Source of the DNA: Thermoplasmata archaeon
Lineage (GTDB): Archaea; Thermoplasmatota; Thermoplasmata; Lutacidiplasmatales; UBA184
Length of the DNA: 64,000 nt
Reading direction: 5' to 3'
Assembly (NCBI GenBank): GCA_028864975.1
Contig: JAGWLG010000006.1
Location: forward strand, 63,878 to 127,877
The position numbers and the translations under genes were made by a program. A model generated the notes under the pieces. The model was given only the letters and a program-made list of their open reading frames with translations, was not told the DNA's origin and made no database searches. Below, one piece after another: positions 35,503-46,171 of the stretch (its first letter is position 1; every line of letters starts with the position of its first letter).

Positions 35503-37818
35503 CTACGGTCCGTTGACGTTCGTGATCTGAGCATCCGCGGTCTCGACCTGCGTGACGGTCGAACCGTTCGGCTCCAAAATCGTTACCGTCACGCTGTAAG
35601 GACCCGACCAGGCGAAGAGGTGGGTGGTCCAGCCCCCGGTCGCATTCCCGCAGACGAGGGCATCCCATGCGGTCCCGGCAAGGCCCTGGCATGTGGCGTG
35701 GTCGAAGACGGAGCGCGGGAAGCCGTGCCGGAGCGGGACCCCGATGTGGAGCAGCTCGCAGGTGAGGTTCGCGTAGGTGCACCCGTGCTGCCGCTTCCCG
35801 TTGGGGTTCGGGCCCGAGAAGGACCAGCTCACGCTGGTCGCGTTGGCGGAGGCCGGGAAGACCGAGGCATCGTAGGTCACGAGGAAGCCGCCCGCCAGTA
35901 CCAGTCCCAAGGATTGCCCCAGTCGAACGAACCGCACGGCATCGTGGCAGCCATGGTGTCGGAACGTCCAGCCGAACGATTGGCTGTAGAACGGGGTCGT
36001 GAACGAGACGGCGAACGACGTGCCATGCCCCGCTCCCGTACTGTGCAGGGTCAGCTTCGCGAACTCATCGTCCAGGTCCGGAGCCCGCGTGGCGTTCCAG
36101 GGAAGCACCAGCACCCCGGTCCCCACGGTGGAGGATCCCGAGTTCTGCCGGGTCACGTTCAGCCAGAACTGAGGGTGCGCATGGCAGGGAGGGTCGTCCG
36201 AAGATAGGACCCAGGAGAGACCTGAGCCTCCCCGGCCATCGCAGTCCTTCGGTCCCACGTTGGTCGGGAGGAGACCCCCATGGTCGGACGAACGGCCGTG
36301 GTCGGAGAAGCTCAGGATCGTGAGATTGACCCAATCGCCGGGGTTGCCCCCCACCGCGAGGGTCACGTTGACCAGGTAGCAGGCGAAGGCTCCTCCGCAG
36401 ACCGGGTCGGAGCCACCGCCGCCGCCCCCTCCGCCGGGGGACGAAACGCTGACGTTCCCGGTCGCGGCGGCGAAGTACCCGGACGAATCGGAGACGACGA
36501 GCGTCACCGAATAGACCCCGGAGGCCGCGTAAACGTGGGATACGTTCGCCCCGCTACCGCTGACCCCGTCGCCGAAGTTCCAGGTGAAGGAGACGAGGGG
36601 AGCGCTCGGGTCCGTGCTCGTGCTGGTGAAGCTCACGGCCTGCCCGGTGACAGGCGCCGGGGGCGTGAAGTTGAAGCTCGCGGTCGGGCCTCCGCCGCTC
36701 GGCGGGGCGCCGCCGTTCGTGACGAATCCCCAGGCCACGCCTGCCGGGGCACCCGTGACCGCGAAGGTGAGGTCCACCGAGGAGTCCGGAGGAAGGATCG
36801 CGGACTGGCCGTTCGTGGACGAAAGTACCTGGGTCCAGTTCGCCCCGGTGCTCGAGATGGCCGACAGGAGCTGCCCTTGGGTCGCGGGGAGCGTTCCCAC
36901 TCCGCTCGCGAGCGAGAGCCAGGAGAGCACGTGCACCCCTTGCCAGAGCAGACGAAGCACCACAGGCTCCGTCCCGGAACCCAGCGCCGACCCGATCGGC
37001 AGAACCAGGTCCGAGAAGTACTCGCGCGGAGCGATGAACCCCAAGGTGGTGAAACCTCCGGTGCTCGGGTCCTGGACCTGGACCGTGATCCCGCTCGGGC
37101 TACCTGCGGCAGAGTAGGAGGGGTCCACCGCCGACCGTAGCACGACCAGGTCCTGAGCAGCGTTCGGAACGTTACCGAACGCCGCGAGCAGCGAGCCCCC
37201 GGTCGTCTCGGAAAGGTAGGTCGAGCTGGACGTGGAGGCGTTGGCGGTCGGGTCCTGCAGGAGGGAGGTCACGTTGGCGCCGGTGCCATCATGGGCCGAG
37301 GGCACGCTCTGGAAGTTCGTGGAGGAGTAGACCGTGAGCGAGCCTTCCTCGGCAAGGGCGGTGCTGCCTGCCGGTGCCACGCTCTCGAGCGCGACGGAAT
37401 CCAGGGCGGTGGAGTACCCAGCGCCCTGGTCCACCTGGAGCTGCACCCGGTTCGCGGACACGGTGATCGGCTGCTGAAGGAGATAGGCATCGACCAGCGC
37501 GGTCGCTCCCGGGCTCGCATACTGCTCCGCGAGGATGCTGTCGTCGGTCTGCCAAGCGTTTCCGGACGGAACCTCGAGGAACGGGCTCCCGTTAGGGTCG
37601 TTCTGAGCCGTGCCCGGAGCGCCGCCTTGGGGAGAGCTCCCGCCCGCGGGAGGAGCGGGCAGGAGCGGCGCGGCGCTGTGGCGAGGGAACACCGAACCTG
37701 CGGCCCCGAAGGAGGGAGGCGCGAACGCGGGGACCGCGAGGACACCCGCGAGGACCGCGACGCAGCCCACGAGGAGCCACGGTCGGACGACTAGGGCCTT
37801 CGCTGATGATGACTGCAT
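35503..37818 (-). CDS. secreted PKD-domain protein
   Basis: Signal peptide; PKD motif PTASF...SFTWNFGDG...VSHVYAASGVYSVTLVV; Cys-rich C-terminal region. Confidence 0.8.
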   Translation of the reverse strand: MQSSSAKALVVRPWLLVGCVAVLAGVLAVPAFAPPSFGAAGSVFPRHSAAPLLPAPPAGGSSPQGGAPGTAQNDPNGSPFLEVPSGNAWQTDDSILAEQYASPGATALVDAYLLQQPITVSANRVQLQVDQGAGYSTALDSVALESVAPAGSTALAEEGSLTVYSSTNFQSVPSAHDGTGANVTSLLQDPTANASTSSSTYLSETTGGSLLAAFGNVPNAAQDLVVLRSAVDPSYSAAGSPSGITVQVQDPSTGGFTTLGFIAPREYFSDLVLPIGSALGSGTEPVVLRLLWQGVHVLSWLSLASGVGTLPATQGQLLSAISSTGANWTQVLSSTNGQSAILPPDSSVDLTFAVTGAPAGVAWGFVTNGGAPPSGGGPTASFNFTPPAPVTGQAVSFTSTSTDPSAPLVSFTWNFGDGVSGSGANVSHVYAASGVYSVTLVVSDSSGYFAAATGNVSVSSPGGGGGGGGSDPVCGGAFACYLVNVTLAVGGNPGDWVNLTILSFSDHGRSSDHGGLLPTNVGPKDCDGRGGSGLSWVLSSDDPPCHAHPQFWLNVTRQNSGSSTVGTGVLVLPWNATRAPDLDDEFAKLTLHSTGAGHGTSFAVSFTTPFYSQSFGWTFRHHGCHDAVRFVRLGQSLGLVLAGGFLVTYDASVFPASANATSVSWSFSGPNPNGKRQHGCTYANLTCELLHIGVPLRHGFPRSVFDHATCQGLAGTAWDALVCGNATGGWTTHLFAWSGPYSVTVTILEPNGSTVTQVETADAQITNVNGP

Positions 37819-37959
37819 GTCGCCCTCCCCTCCCCGGAGGACGGACCGTGTTCACGGTCTGATTGATATAGTGTAACATGGCCTATTTAGGCGTATCCGT
37901 CCCCCTCGAGAGGAGGGTGTAGACATGCGTATAAGCGCGGGACGAAGGAGCGCTTCCAG

Positions 37960-38553
37960 CTAGGGCGAGGTGAGGCTCTCGGGAACCTCGAGCGCGCAGC
38001 CGGCCGCGTCCATGCGTCGAGAAAGCTCCTTCACGAACCCTTCGCGGTCCTTCGGCGACAGGAAGAGCGGGACCTGATCCGTATGGACGAGCAATCCGCG
38101 GTGAAAGGTGTAGACGGAGTCGAACTTCCCTATGCTGGGGGACCACCTTCTCGACCGCCACCCCCAAGAGCCGAAGAACCCGATCGGCGAGAGGTCCCGA
38201 AGCGAGACCGCTTCGACCCGGCGTATGGAGGAGAGCGGCAGGCGTCGCCATCCGAAGATCCGCCAGGCGCTTAGCCGGTCTGAGTCAATGCTGTAGCTCA
38301 CCGAGAGCTCCCGCACCAGGTACAGGGCGATGACCGCTGCGAGGAACCCTACGAAGGGAGGGGCGGCCCCGAGTCGCGGGAACTCGAAGACCACGACCAG
38401 CAGAACGACCACGTACAGGACCGGCACCACCGGGTCCCGCACAGGCCCGCAACGGTAGGTGGGCAACGCGCGCCCTGGGGTCCCGGACGCGCGGAGGGGC
38501 GTAGGTGCCGGGGACGCGGCCTTCGCCTCCCCTTCTCCCGTGGCCCCGCCCAT
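37960..38553 (-). CDS. membrane protein with bacterial-PH-like domain
   Basis: Two TM helices, then SYSIDSDRL..WRIFGWRRLPLSSIRRV...LFLSPKDREGFVKEL (bPH pattern). Confidence 0.62.
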   Translation of the reverse strand: MGGATGEGEAKAASPAPTPLRASGTPGRALPTYRCGPVRDPVVPVLYVVVLLVVVFEFPRLGAAPPFVGFLAAVIALYLVRELSVSYSIDSDRLSAWRIFGWRRLPLSSIRRVEAVSLRDLSPIGFFGSWGWRSRRWSPSIGKFDSVYTFHRGLLVHTDQVPLFLSPKDREGFVKELSRRMDAAGCALEVPESLTSP

Positions 38554-38611
38554 GCCCGCCTCCAGAAGGTGGGCCTACTACTAGGCTAGCCTCGGAGCTC
38601 GGCAACGACGG

Positions 38612-39943
38612 CTAGAGTCGCAGAACAAGACATGCTCCCGTGATGGCGAAGGAGAGGGCCGAGATCGGTACCCCGTAGCGCATGAACTCCTTCAGGGGGA
38701 CGCGAACGCCCCCGCGTTCCGCCTGGTTCGCGATGATGAGGTTGCTGGCGGCTCCGAGGAGCGTGAGATTCCCCGCCAGCGTGCTGCCTGCCGCAAGGGT
38801 GACCCAAGCGAGGGAGCTTCCCGGACCGTACCCCAGCCCCTGGAGCGTGGGGATCGTCAACGCGACCCAAGGGACGTTCGAGAAGACTTGACTTCCCAGC
38901 GCGGAGGAGAAGAGGATCGATCCGACGCCGAGGGGAGTGACAGATCCCCCCGGACCTGCGGCGGGGACGGGAAAGAATGTCGTCAATCGGCCCACCACGC
39001 CCGCGTTCACCTCCCCGGTCATGACCACGAAAAGCCCCACGAGCAGCAACAGGGTCCCCCAGTCGATGCGGGTCAACATCCGACTTCGCGCCGGTTGGAC
39101 CAGGAGCAGGAGGGTCGCGCCGGTCGCGACCACCACGTCGATGGAGATCGAGGGGAAGACCCCGAGCGCATCGCCGACATCGATGAAGAGCAGAGCCGAC
39201 ATCGTCGCAGGGAAGATGGCGAGAACGGGGTAGGCACGAAGCCTTCGGCCCCAGCCACCGCGGGGGAGCAGCGGGTAAGGTCCCTTAGGGAGGGGAGCGG
39301 GAAGTCCGGGGTGCTCAGGACGCAGCTGAGGGCCGAACCAGTGTCGCAGAAGGTACCCGCATGCGACCAGGGAGATCACCACGGGAACGAGGAGGTATCG
39401 GAGGAACGTGACGAACGGCGCGGACATCCCCGAGGAAAGCGCGATGAGGAGGTTCTGCGGATTGCCCATGGGCGTCAGAGCGCTCCCCACGGTGACCGCG
39501 TAGGCGAGGGTGAGGAGGAGCGGGAGCGGTCGGGTCCCCAGCCGCTTCGAGAGGTGGAGCAGCAGGGGCACCATGAGGATGACAAAGGCGTCGTTCACCA
39601 CGACCGTAGAGATCAGACCGAACCCCACGAACAACAACGGGACCAGGTCCTCGGGCCGCTCCGCCTTCGAGACGATCCAACGGGCCAGGTGGCTCATCGC
39701 CCCCGCGCGGTCCAGCGCGACCGCGAACACGAACATCGAGAAGAGGAACGCCAGGATCGGGAGGTTGATCGCCCGTTCGGCCTGCAGGGGGGTGAGGACC
39801 CCCAAGACCACGAGCGCGACGGCGCCGCCCAAGAACAGGAACGGGACCAGTTCGCTCCGCCCGATGAGCTGGCGGAAGACGACCGCCGCGTAGAGGGCGA
39901 TGAGCACGACCAGGGCCGCCAAGAAATCGAACCCGGTGCTCAT
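38612..39943 (-). CDS. ArsB/NhaD/SLC13 (IT superfamily) anion permease
   Basis: VVVNDA, GSALTPMGNPQNL, SNVP, GNLTLLGAASNLI; 11-12 TM. Confidence 0.86.
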   Translation of the reverse strand: MSTGFDFLAALVVLIALYAAVVFRQLIGRSELVPFLFLGGAVALVVLGVLTPLQAERAINLPILAFLFSMFVFAVALDRAGAMSHLARWIVSKAERPEDLVPLLFVGFGLISTVVVNDAFVILMVPLLLHLSKRLGTRPLPLLLTLAYAVTVGSALTPMGNPQNLLIALSSGMSAPFVTFLRYLLVPVVISLVACGYLLRHWFGPQLRPEHPGLPAPLPKGPYPLLPRGGWGRRLRAYPVLAIFPATMSALLFIDVGDALGVFPSISIDVVVATGATLLLLVQPARSRMLTRIDWGTLLLLVGLFVVMTGEVNAGVVGRLTTFFPVPAAGPGGSVTPLGVGSILFSSALGSQVFSNVPWVALTIPTLQGLGYGPGSSLAWVTLAAGSTLAGNLTLLGAASNLIIANQAERGGVRVPLKEFMRYGVPISALSFAITGACLVLRL

Positions 39944-39982
39944 GGAACGGGGTGCTCCCTCCCGCTCCGGTCGACCGGCGCC

Positions 39983-41767
39983 CTAGGCCGCAGCCTCGTA
40001 GTAGTACTCCCCCTTGGACCGCTGTTCACGGTCCAGAACGGAGCCTTCCTTGTTGATCCGGGGCCGGTGGCTCTCCTCGTCCCGCCGGAACGTCACCTCG
40101 ATGTCCTCCAGGAGCTCGTTCATGCCTTGACGCATGGTGAACGGTCCGTCGCCCCTGGCGCGGTGCTTCTCCGCGTCCTCGGCCTTGAAGGTCATGAGCG
40201 AGTCCGCGACGAGGTCCAGGAAATAGACGTCATGGTCGACGACCAGGGCCGTGGTCCCCTCGCGTTCCACGAGACGCTTGATGAGCCGAGCGATGTTCAT
40301 TCGTTGGTCGGAGTCCAGGTACGCCGACGGCTCGTCCAGGAGGTAGAGCGTCGCCGGCCGACCCATGCAGAGCGCGATCGCCGCCAGTTGCAGCTCCCCT
40401 CCGGAGAGCTCGGTCAAAGGGACCTCGAGCACGCCTCCGAGGCGGAGGGCCGGTACGAGCTCCTTCTGGAAGAGCTCGCCGTTGAATCCGCCCCCGGCCG
40501 AGAGCGACTCCACGCGCTCCTTTAGGGTCCAATCCCCCGTCGCGCGAAGGTACTGGGGCTTGTAGGCGACCGACACCCCCGCCGGGGGTGTCCCTTGTGA
40601 GGGGACCTCAACGCCGGCGAGCATCTTCACGAAGGTCGTCTTGCCCGTCGAATTGGGGCCGACGACTCCCACCACCTCCCCCTTGTGGAGGCTTCCGCCG
40701 CTCACCGAGAGATGGAACAGAGGGAAATCCTTCTCGAGCGCCCCAAAGCGGACCCTCTCGACACGGTGTGCGGCGGGCTTCGGGGGATGCGTCGTGAAGA
40801 CGATCGGCTCGGTCCGGAAGCGGACGTTCTCGTCCTGGAGGTAGCCCTGCAGGTAGGTGTTGATGGCCGTCCGCATCGGCATGGGGCGCGTGATCACGCC
40901 GAAGGCGGCTTCCTCACCATACACCAGGTGCGCCTGGTCCGCGAGATAGTCCAGCAGCGCAAGGTCGTGCTCCACCACCACGACGCTAGCTCGGTCCCCG
41001 AGAGCTCGGATGATGCGGGCGACGCGCAGCCGGTGGACAATGTCGAGGTAGTTGGAAGGCTCGTCCAGCAGGTAGAGGTCCGCGGTCGTCGCCAGCGTCC
41101 TGGCGAGAGAGGCCAGCTGGAGCTCGCCTCCCGAGAGGTCTTTGAGCGGCACCTCCTCCCTCCCCTTGAGGCCGGTCTCGTCGAGGACCTTCCCGGTGTC
41201 CCCTTTGGCCTCGTCGACGAACTGCCCTACGCTCCGCGATCCCGATTCCTCGGCGAGCGTGTCCACGTACTGGGGTTTGATGACGGTCCGGAGCTCGCCC
41301 TTCGAGAGCTTGAGGAAGTGGGGCTGGAGCTCGGTGCCGCGGTAGCGCCGGATGACCTCCTCCCACGCCGGAGGTTCCTCGTAGCGGCCCAGATTGGGTT
41401 GCTCCACGCCCGAGATGACCCGTAGCGCGGTGGACTTGCCGATGCCGTTGGGACCGATCATCCCCACGACCCCTTTGGGGCGAGGGACCGGGAGCCGGTA
41501 GAGCCGGAAGGAGTTGAGCCCGTAGCGGTGGACCATCTCGGCTTCGGCCGCCTCCGGCGTGTTCAGGATCTTGATCGCGGTGAAAGGACACTTGTGGACG
41601 CAGATCCCGCACCCGATGCACAACGTCTCGGAGATCACGGGCTTCCCACCCTCGCCCCAGACGATGCATTCCTGTCCCATCCGCACCGGGGGGCAGTAGG
41701 CTTGACACTCCCCCTGGCACTGCTTCGGATGACAGCGATCGGTGAGCAGGACCGCGATGCGCGCCAT
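39983..41767 (-). CDS. ribosome recycling ATPase ABCE1/Rli1
   Basis: N-terminal 2x[4Fe-4S] Cys motifs (CHPKQCQGEC..CP, CIGCGICVHKCP). Two ABC domains (GPNGIGKST, LSGGELQ, GPNSTGKTT). C-terminal YYY. Confidence 0.97.
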   Translation of the reverse strand: MARIAVLLTDRCHPKQCQGECQAYCPPVRMGQECIVWGEGGKPVISETLCIGCGICVHKCPFTAIKILNTPEAAEAEMVHRYGLNSFRLYRLPVPRPKGVVGMIGPNGIGKSTALRVISGVEQPNLGRYEEPPAWEEVIRRYRGTELQPHFLKLSKGELRTVIKPQYVDTLAEESGSRSVGQFVDEAKGDTGKVLDETGLKGREEVPLKDLSGGELQLASLARTLATTADLYLLDEPSNYLDIVHRLRVARIIRALGDRASVVVVEHDLALLDYLADQAHLVYGEEAAFGVITRPMPMRTAINTYLQGYLQDENVRFRTEPIVFTTHPPKPAAHRVERVRFGALEKDFPLFHLSVSGGSLHKGEVVGVVGPNSTGKTTFVKMLAGVEVPSQGTPPAGVSVAYKPQYLRATGDWTLKERVESLSAGGGFNGELFQKELVPALRLGGVLEVPLTELSGGELQLAAIALCMGRPATLYLLDEPSAYLDSDQRMNIARLIKRLVEREGTTALVVDHDVYFLDLVADSLMTFKAEDAEKHRARGDGPFTMRQGMNELLEDIEVTFRRDEESHRPRINKEGSVLDREQRSKGEYYYEAAA

Positions 41768-41788
41768 GACGACCCCCGGGACGGCCTC

Positions 41789-42703
41789 TCAGGCGGTACC
41801 CTTACGGGCCCCCGCACGGAGCTCGCCCAAAGAGGCTCGGTGCTCGGCCCGCACGTCGTACTTGTGGATGGATTCCTCGCTCTGGGTCTCGGCGAAGACC
41901 TCGACCCCATCCGGGAGCTCGGGGAAACGCTCCGCCGCGAGGGTCAGGAGGGAACGGATCACGTCCTCGACGAAGCGTGGCTTGCGGTGCGCATTGAGCA
42001 CCAGCGTTCCCTCGTCCCCGCGCTTCAGGATCGCGTAGGTGGGGGAGCTCTGGGCCTCCTCGATGACGTCCAGGAGGCGATCAGCCTCGACCTCCACTTC
42101 CTCGGGGAGCACCAAGGTCAACCGGGAGCGGTTCCGCTGGTTGTGGGTGATCATGGGTAGCGCATCGAACCTGGCCTCTCGAAGCTCGGGGAACTCCTCC
42201 GCGAGCGCATTTCGGCAGGTCTCCATGGCACAGGGACAGGCGGTCATCCCGACCCCCTCGGCACCGATGGCCTTCCGCAGTCGAGGCGTTCCGTTCCCCC
42301 TCGAGGCCCAGGCCTGTCCGAAGAGCCGATAGTCCTCGAGCGACAAGCGGTCCCCCGAGATGCCTCGCTGACGAAAGTACTCGGCCTCGGCCCGGACCTC
42401 GGCCTCCCGAGCGTACTCATGGCGCTTCAGGAGCTCCGCCGCGATCCGAACGCAGGTGGCCTCGAGCGAGGGCGAGGGCCGGATCACCGTGGAGTCCACC
42501 GCTTCCGCGAGGATCTGCGCGTTCCGCGAGAGGTCCGAGCCCTTGCGGCTCTCCGGAATATCGACATAGACCTCCAGCGAGGCGGCCAGCGTCTGCGTGC
42601 GGTCCGGCCGGTGGATCACCAGCGGCTTCCGCACGCCCGTGATCCCCACCTTTCCGAGCGCCAGGCGCGGGATCGCCGGGGGCATGGCGTGAATGTCCTT
42701 CAC
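41789..42703 (-). CDS. mptA: GTP cyclohydrolase MptA (FolE2/DUF198 family)
   Basis: KVGITGVRKP, KGSDLSR, GMTACPCA, THNQR, PRFVEDVIR, ESIHKYD. GTG start at 42703. Confidence 0.9.
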   Translation of the reverse strand: MKDIHAMPPAIPRLALGKVGITGVRKPLVIHRPDRTQTLAASLEVYVDIPESRKGSDLSRNAQILAEAVDSTVIRPSPSLEATCVRIAAELLKRHEYAREAEVRAEAEYFRQRGISGDRLSLEDYRLFGQAWASRGNGTPRLRKAIGAEGVGMTACPCAMETCRNALAEEFPELREARFDALPMITHNQRNRSRLTLVLPEEVEVEADRLLDVIEEAQSSPTYAILKRGDEGTLVLNAHRKPRFVEDVIRSLLTLAAERFPELPDGVEVFAETQSEESIHKYDVRAEHRASLGELRAGARKGTA

Positions 42704-42821
42704 GTGCGAGCCGATACCGCGCCCCTCAAAAGGCTCCCCACGACGAGCCTGTCGAGAAGAGATCACCGGCGACCGCTCTCGTCAGCGCATCCCTAAATAC
42801 GCTCGGTCGGCTGTGCCGTAC

Positions 42822-43247
42822 ATGACCGCCGAAGGGGCCTCACCGGTGGGGGACGTGTCCGCCTCTACGAGCGCGAGCCCTGCGGGAGCGCCACCCGCCA
42901 CCGCTCCATCCCCTGCGGGCTCGCCCCCGGCCCCCGGAAGCCGGCAGGAGAAGGAGCTGCTGATCAAGAAGGCCCTCAAGAAGATCTACGACCCCGAGAT
43001 CCCGATGAACATCGTGGACCTGGGACTCATCTACGGGTACGAATGGTCCGACGACACTCACGTCACGGTCCGCATGACGATGACCGGACCCGGATGCCCT
43101 GTCGCCGGTATCCTTGCCGAGGAGGTCAAGAGCGGGGCCGAGACCGTTCCCGGCATCGCCGAGGCCAAGGTCGATGTGGTCTGGGAACCCCCCTGGGGAC
43201 CGGAGAAGATGAGCGACTTCGCCAAGCGCCAGTTCGGGTACCTCTAG
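42822..43247 (+). CDS. Fe-S cluster assembly factor (DUF59/SufT/MIP18-like)
   Basis: LKKIYDPEIPMNIVDLGLIY, MTMTGPGCP, VWEPPWGPEKMS. Confidence 0.9.
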   Translation: MTAEGASPVGDVSASTSASPAGAPPATAPSPAGSPPAPGSRQEKELLIKKALKKIYDPEIPMNIVDLGLIYGYEWSDDTHVTVRMTMTGPGCPVAGILAEEVKSGAETVPGIAEAKVDVVWEPPWGPEKMSDFAKRQFGYL

Positions 43248-43629
43248 GCCCGAGAGCTGGCCCCGCGGCTTCCCGAGTCCCGCGGGGGTCGCGCAGGGGC
43301 GCGCAAGTTCTGACAGCGACATGTGATTGATGAGCGAGCGGTCGCATCTTTTGTTCAGAGCACCCAGGCCCCATCGCCCGCGAACCCTTCGTTGTATCTC
43401 GTTGAACAGTTCTATCGTCAGGTCCCGCGACGATTTCGGGACCTGAGCATGGATGCCGCGCGGGTGACCTGCGTACGGCCCGATCCGCTCCCTCCGCAGA
43501 GACATCCTCGCCGGACCTGGGATGCTCTCGGCCACGGCGGGCCTGACCCAAAGGACACTGCAAGCGTTGTTGGAGTCTAGGGGCGGCGGGCCTAGTCCTG
43601 GCTTCGTGGTCCCGCGCCTCCCGGGACCC

Positions 43630-44346
43630 ATGAGCGGGGCATCCACCTATCGGATCCTTGCGGCCTCTCCCCCTCCGCCCCGATGGCCCCGGGCCGCGAG
43701 AGGCGCCGTCCTTGCCGTCGGACTTCTCTTGATGCTGGTGGTCGCTCCCGTGATCTCTTCGATCCCGGTGAAAGGTGCGGACGGCGTGGCGAGGGTCGTC
43801 GGCGGAGGCGGCCTGGTGATCGAGTTCTCTTCGCCGCCGCTGGACCGGCTGCCCCATCTCTTTCCCGGGACCTCTGCCACGCAGGAGCTGCTGATGCCTG
43901 AGGCTAAGGGCGGTCGCGCATGCCTGTCGAACTGCACATCGGGCCTCGTTGTCAACTGGACCTCTTCCGTGCCGACAGAACTGAACCTGTACTGGTGCGG
44001 AGTCCAGAGCCCCTGCATCCGAGGACACCTGGCCTGGACAGCCACGGGGTCAGGGACGGCCGGAGAGGTCACGTTCACAGGGAACATTGGCGACAACTAC
44101 CTGGTCACCACCTCGAAGAATGCTAGCGTCGGATGGGGGATGCCGAACTGGGCCCTGGGTTCCGTGATCTTCATTCTGGGATCGCTCGTCTTCCTCGCAG
44201 GTGTGGCTGCGCTCGCCCTTGCGCGCTCCACGCCGAAGGAAGACCCCTCCTCCTGGGCACGCCTCCCGCGGCCGTATGCCCCCATTCTCAAGCCGCCCCC
44301 AGCAGCCCGGAGCCCTGCTCCGGTGGGGCCACCAGCGAGCCCCTGA
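43630..44346 (+). CDS. membrane-anchored hypothetical protein (N- and C-terminal TM, extracellular beta domain)
   Basis: Hydrophobic helices at both ends with paired Cys in between; Pro-rich tail. Confidence 0.55.
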   Translation: MSGASTYRILAASPPPPRWPRAARGAVLAVGLLLMLVVAPVISSIPVKGADGVARVVGGGGLVIEFSSPPLDRLPHLFPGTSATQELLMPEAKGGRACLSNCTSGLVVNWTSSVPTELNLYWCGVQSPCIRGHLAWTATGSGTAGEVTFTGNIGDNYLVTTSKNASVGWGMPNWALGSVIFILGSLVFLAGVAALALARSTPKEDPSSWARLPRPYAPILKPPPAARSPAPVGPPASP

Positions 44347-44375
44347 CCGTTCCGACTAGAACCGGTGGTCCGTCC

Positions 44376-46130
44376 TTAGAAGAGCGTCCGCTGGCCCCTA
44401 CGCGACGTCCTCCTCTTCGACGTGCTCGCCTCCGCCTCCTCGTCTCCTGAGGAAGGGGCTGCTGGTCTTTCCTCATGCAGCAGGTTCCTGACCGAAGCGT
44501 GGTCCTCCTCGACCTGCAGGAGATAGGCAAGGTCGCGCGCGTCGAGAGTGAGCTCACGAGCGAGGTGCACGAGCTCCCGGTGGTGGGTCTCGGCCTTCTC
44601 GACCGACACGTCGGAGGGGCTCTCACGGAAGGTCCGCTCGAGGAGTGGGAGCATCGCCTCCCGCGCCTTCCTCCGGGAGAGGTGGTCGTAGCGACCGATC
44701 TTCGCACAGAGGGCGTCGCGCGCCTGACGCTGTCCTCGGCTACCGCCCATACCGGCCAGGAATCGAGGGAACTCGGTCGGAGGGACCGAGGAGGCGGGGG
44801 GAGGTCCCTGAGGGTGCAGGGCGAGCGCGACCCCACCCGTCATCATCTCCGTGGCGTAGCTCCAAAGGGTCCAGATCCGCCATCGGTTGGCACGACCCAG
44901 ATGCCGCTGGGCCCGCGCGAGCATGTCGAACGCCTCCGCGAGCTCGACCGGCGTGCGGGCATGGTGCGGGAGGTTCTCCTCGATCCAAGGAAGAAGGTCG
45001 TCCGGGGAGGCGTCCAGCCCGTCCAGCACCTCTCCCGTCCGCCAGAACCTGGGGGAACCGAGGATGCGTGCGACCGCCTCGAACAGGTTGGCCTGGATGT
45101 CCCTCCAGCCCAGGACCTGGTCCGCCTCGAGGCCCGGTGGAAGAACGTGTTGCTCTTTGAGGGCGTGGAGCGTTCCCGCGAGCTCCAGGTCGTTGAGCGC
45201 GGCCCGCAGGTCCCCGCGGACATGGCGAGCGATCGTGTCGATGGACGTCCCAGGAACCCCCATCCTTTCCGCCACGCTCACCCGGTGGAGATGAGAGCGA
45301 AGGACGTCGTCCCGTAAGGGGTAGAACCGGACCCTCGCGACCCCCGTTCGGAAGACCACGCTCGCTCGTGAGAGGGCGCGAGGGTCCGTGGCCGTGAGCA
45401 CCAACGGCTGCCGCGTCTCTCGGACCAGTTCCGCTACGGCCGCGAGCCCACCGCGGTCCGTCCGGTCCGACCTCTTGACCTCCGGCTGCCAGTCGGCGAT
45501 GTCCTGCAGGACCGGCCTCCTCTTGCCCAGGTTCCCTCGGGGGGCGGTCGTGGGCACGTCGGAGAAACTTGCGTACGGGCCCGGCTCCTCCCCTTCCTTG
45601 AGGCCCCAGGCCTCGTTGAGTGCTTTCACCTCCCGATACCTCCCCTTCACGAACTCCCGGAAGGAGGGAGGTGTGCGGGGGGTTCGAACCTTCGACTCCT
45701 CAGCCGGGCCTCCTCGCCCTGGAATGCAATCGACGTCATCGAGGAGGATGAGGTTCCGTCCTCCCTGCGCGGTCGAGAGGTATCGGCCATCCTCCGTGAA
45801 CGTGTTCGTCAGCGACGCCCGGCCGGCGACCTGCTGTAAGGCCTCTCGGTTGCGCGCGTCCGAAGCGCTCATCTCGATGAGGCCCCAGCCGTACTCTTCG
45901 GCGAGCGCCCTCGCGGCCGAGGTCTTCCCGGTCCCCGGGGCCCCCTCGATCAGGGCGGCGCGGACCTTCGGCGGACGAGGCGTGGCGAGCCAGGACTCGG
46001 CGAAACGGCGCAACCGCTGCACCGCGTCAGGCTGCCCGACGACCTCTCGGAGGGTGCGGGGCCTCCACCGCTCCACGAGCAGCGTCGCTCGAGGGGGAGC
46101 GGGGACCTGCGATGGCTCGGTCTCGAACAA
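44376..46130 (-). CDS. rfcL: replication factor C large subunit (with ~80-aa insertion)
   Basis: [14 protein letters not shown], Walker [18 protein letters not shown], Walker [28 protein letters not shown]. Confidence 0.92.
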   Translation of the reverse strand: MFETEPSQVPAPPRATLLVERWRPRTLREVVGQPDAVQRLRRFAESWLATPRPPKVRAALIEGAPGTGKTSAARALAEEYGWGLIEMSASDARNREALQQVAGRASLTNTFTEDGRYLSTAQGGRNLILLDDVDCIPGRGGPAEESKVRTPRTPPSFREFVKGRYREVKALNEAWGLKEGEEPGPYASFSDVPTTAPRGNLGKRRPVLQDIADWQPEVKRSDRTDRGGLAAVAELVRETRQPLVLTATDPRALSRASVVFRTGVARVRFYPLRDDVLRSHLHRVSVAERMGVPGTSIDTIARHVRGDLRAALNDLELAGTLHALKEQHVLPPGLEADQVLGWRDIQANLFEAVARILGSPRFWRTGEVLDGLDASPDDLLPWIEENLPHHARTPVELAEAFDMLARAQRHLGRANRWRIWTLWSYATEMMTGGVALALHPQGPPPASSVPPTEFPRFLAGMGGSRGQRQARDALCAKIGRYDHLSRRKAREAMLPLLERTFRESPSDVSVEKAETHHRELVHLARELTLDARDLAYLLQVEEDHASVRNLLHEERPAAPSSGDEEAEASTSKRRTSRRGQRTLF

Positions 46131-46171
46131 GGATCACCACGAGCGGGCTCCGCATATGACGGCGAAGGAGG

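Noticed and set aside
43323-43580. 85-aa ORF / TGATGA C-box-like motif
   Set aside because: No recognisable motif or SD, and no properly spaced D/D' boxes for a C/D sRNA.
45463-45715. Intein in RFC large subunit
   Set aside because: The insert is too short and lacks the intein splice-junction residues and blocks; kept as a non-intein insertion instead.
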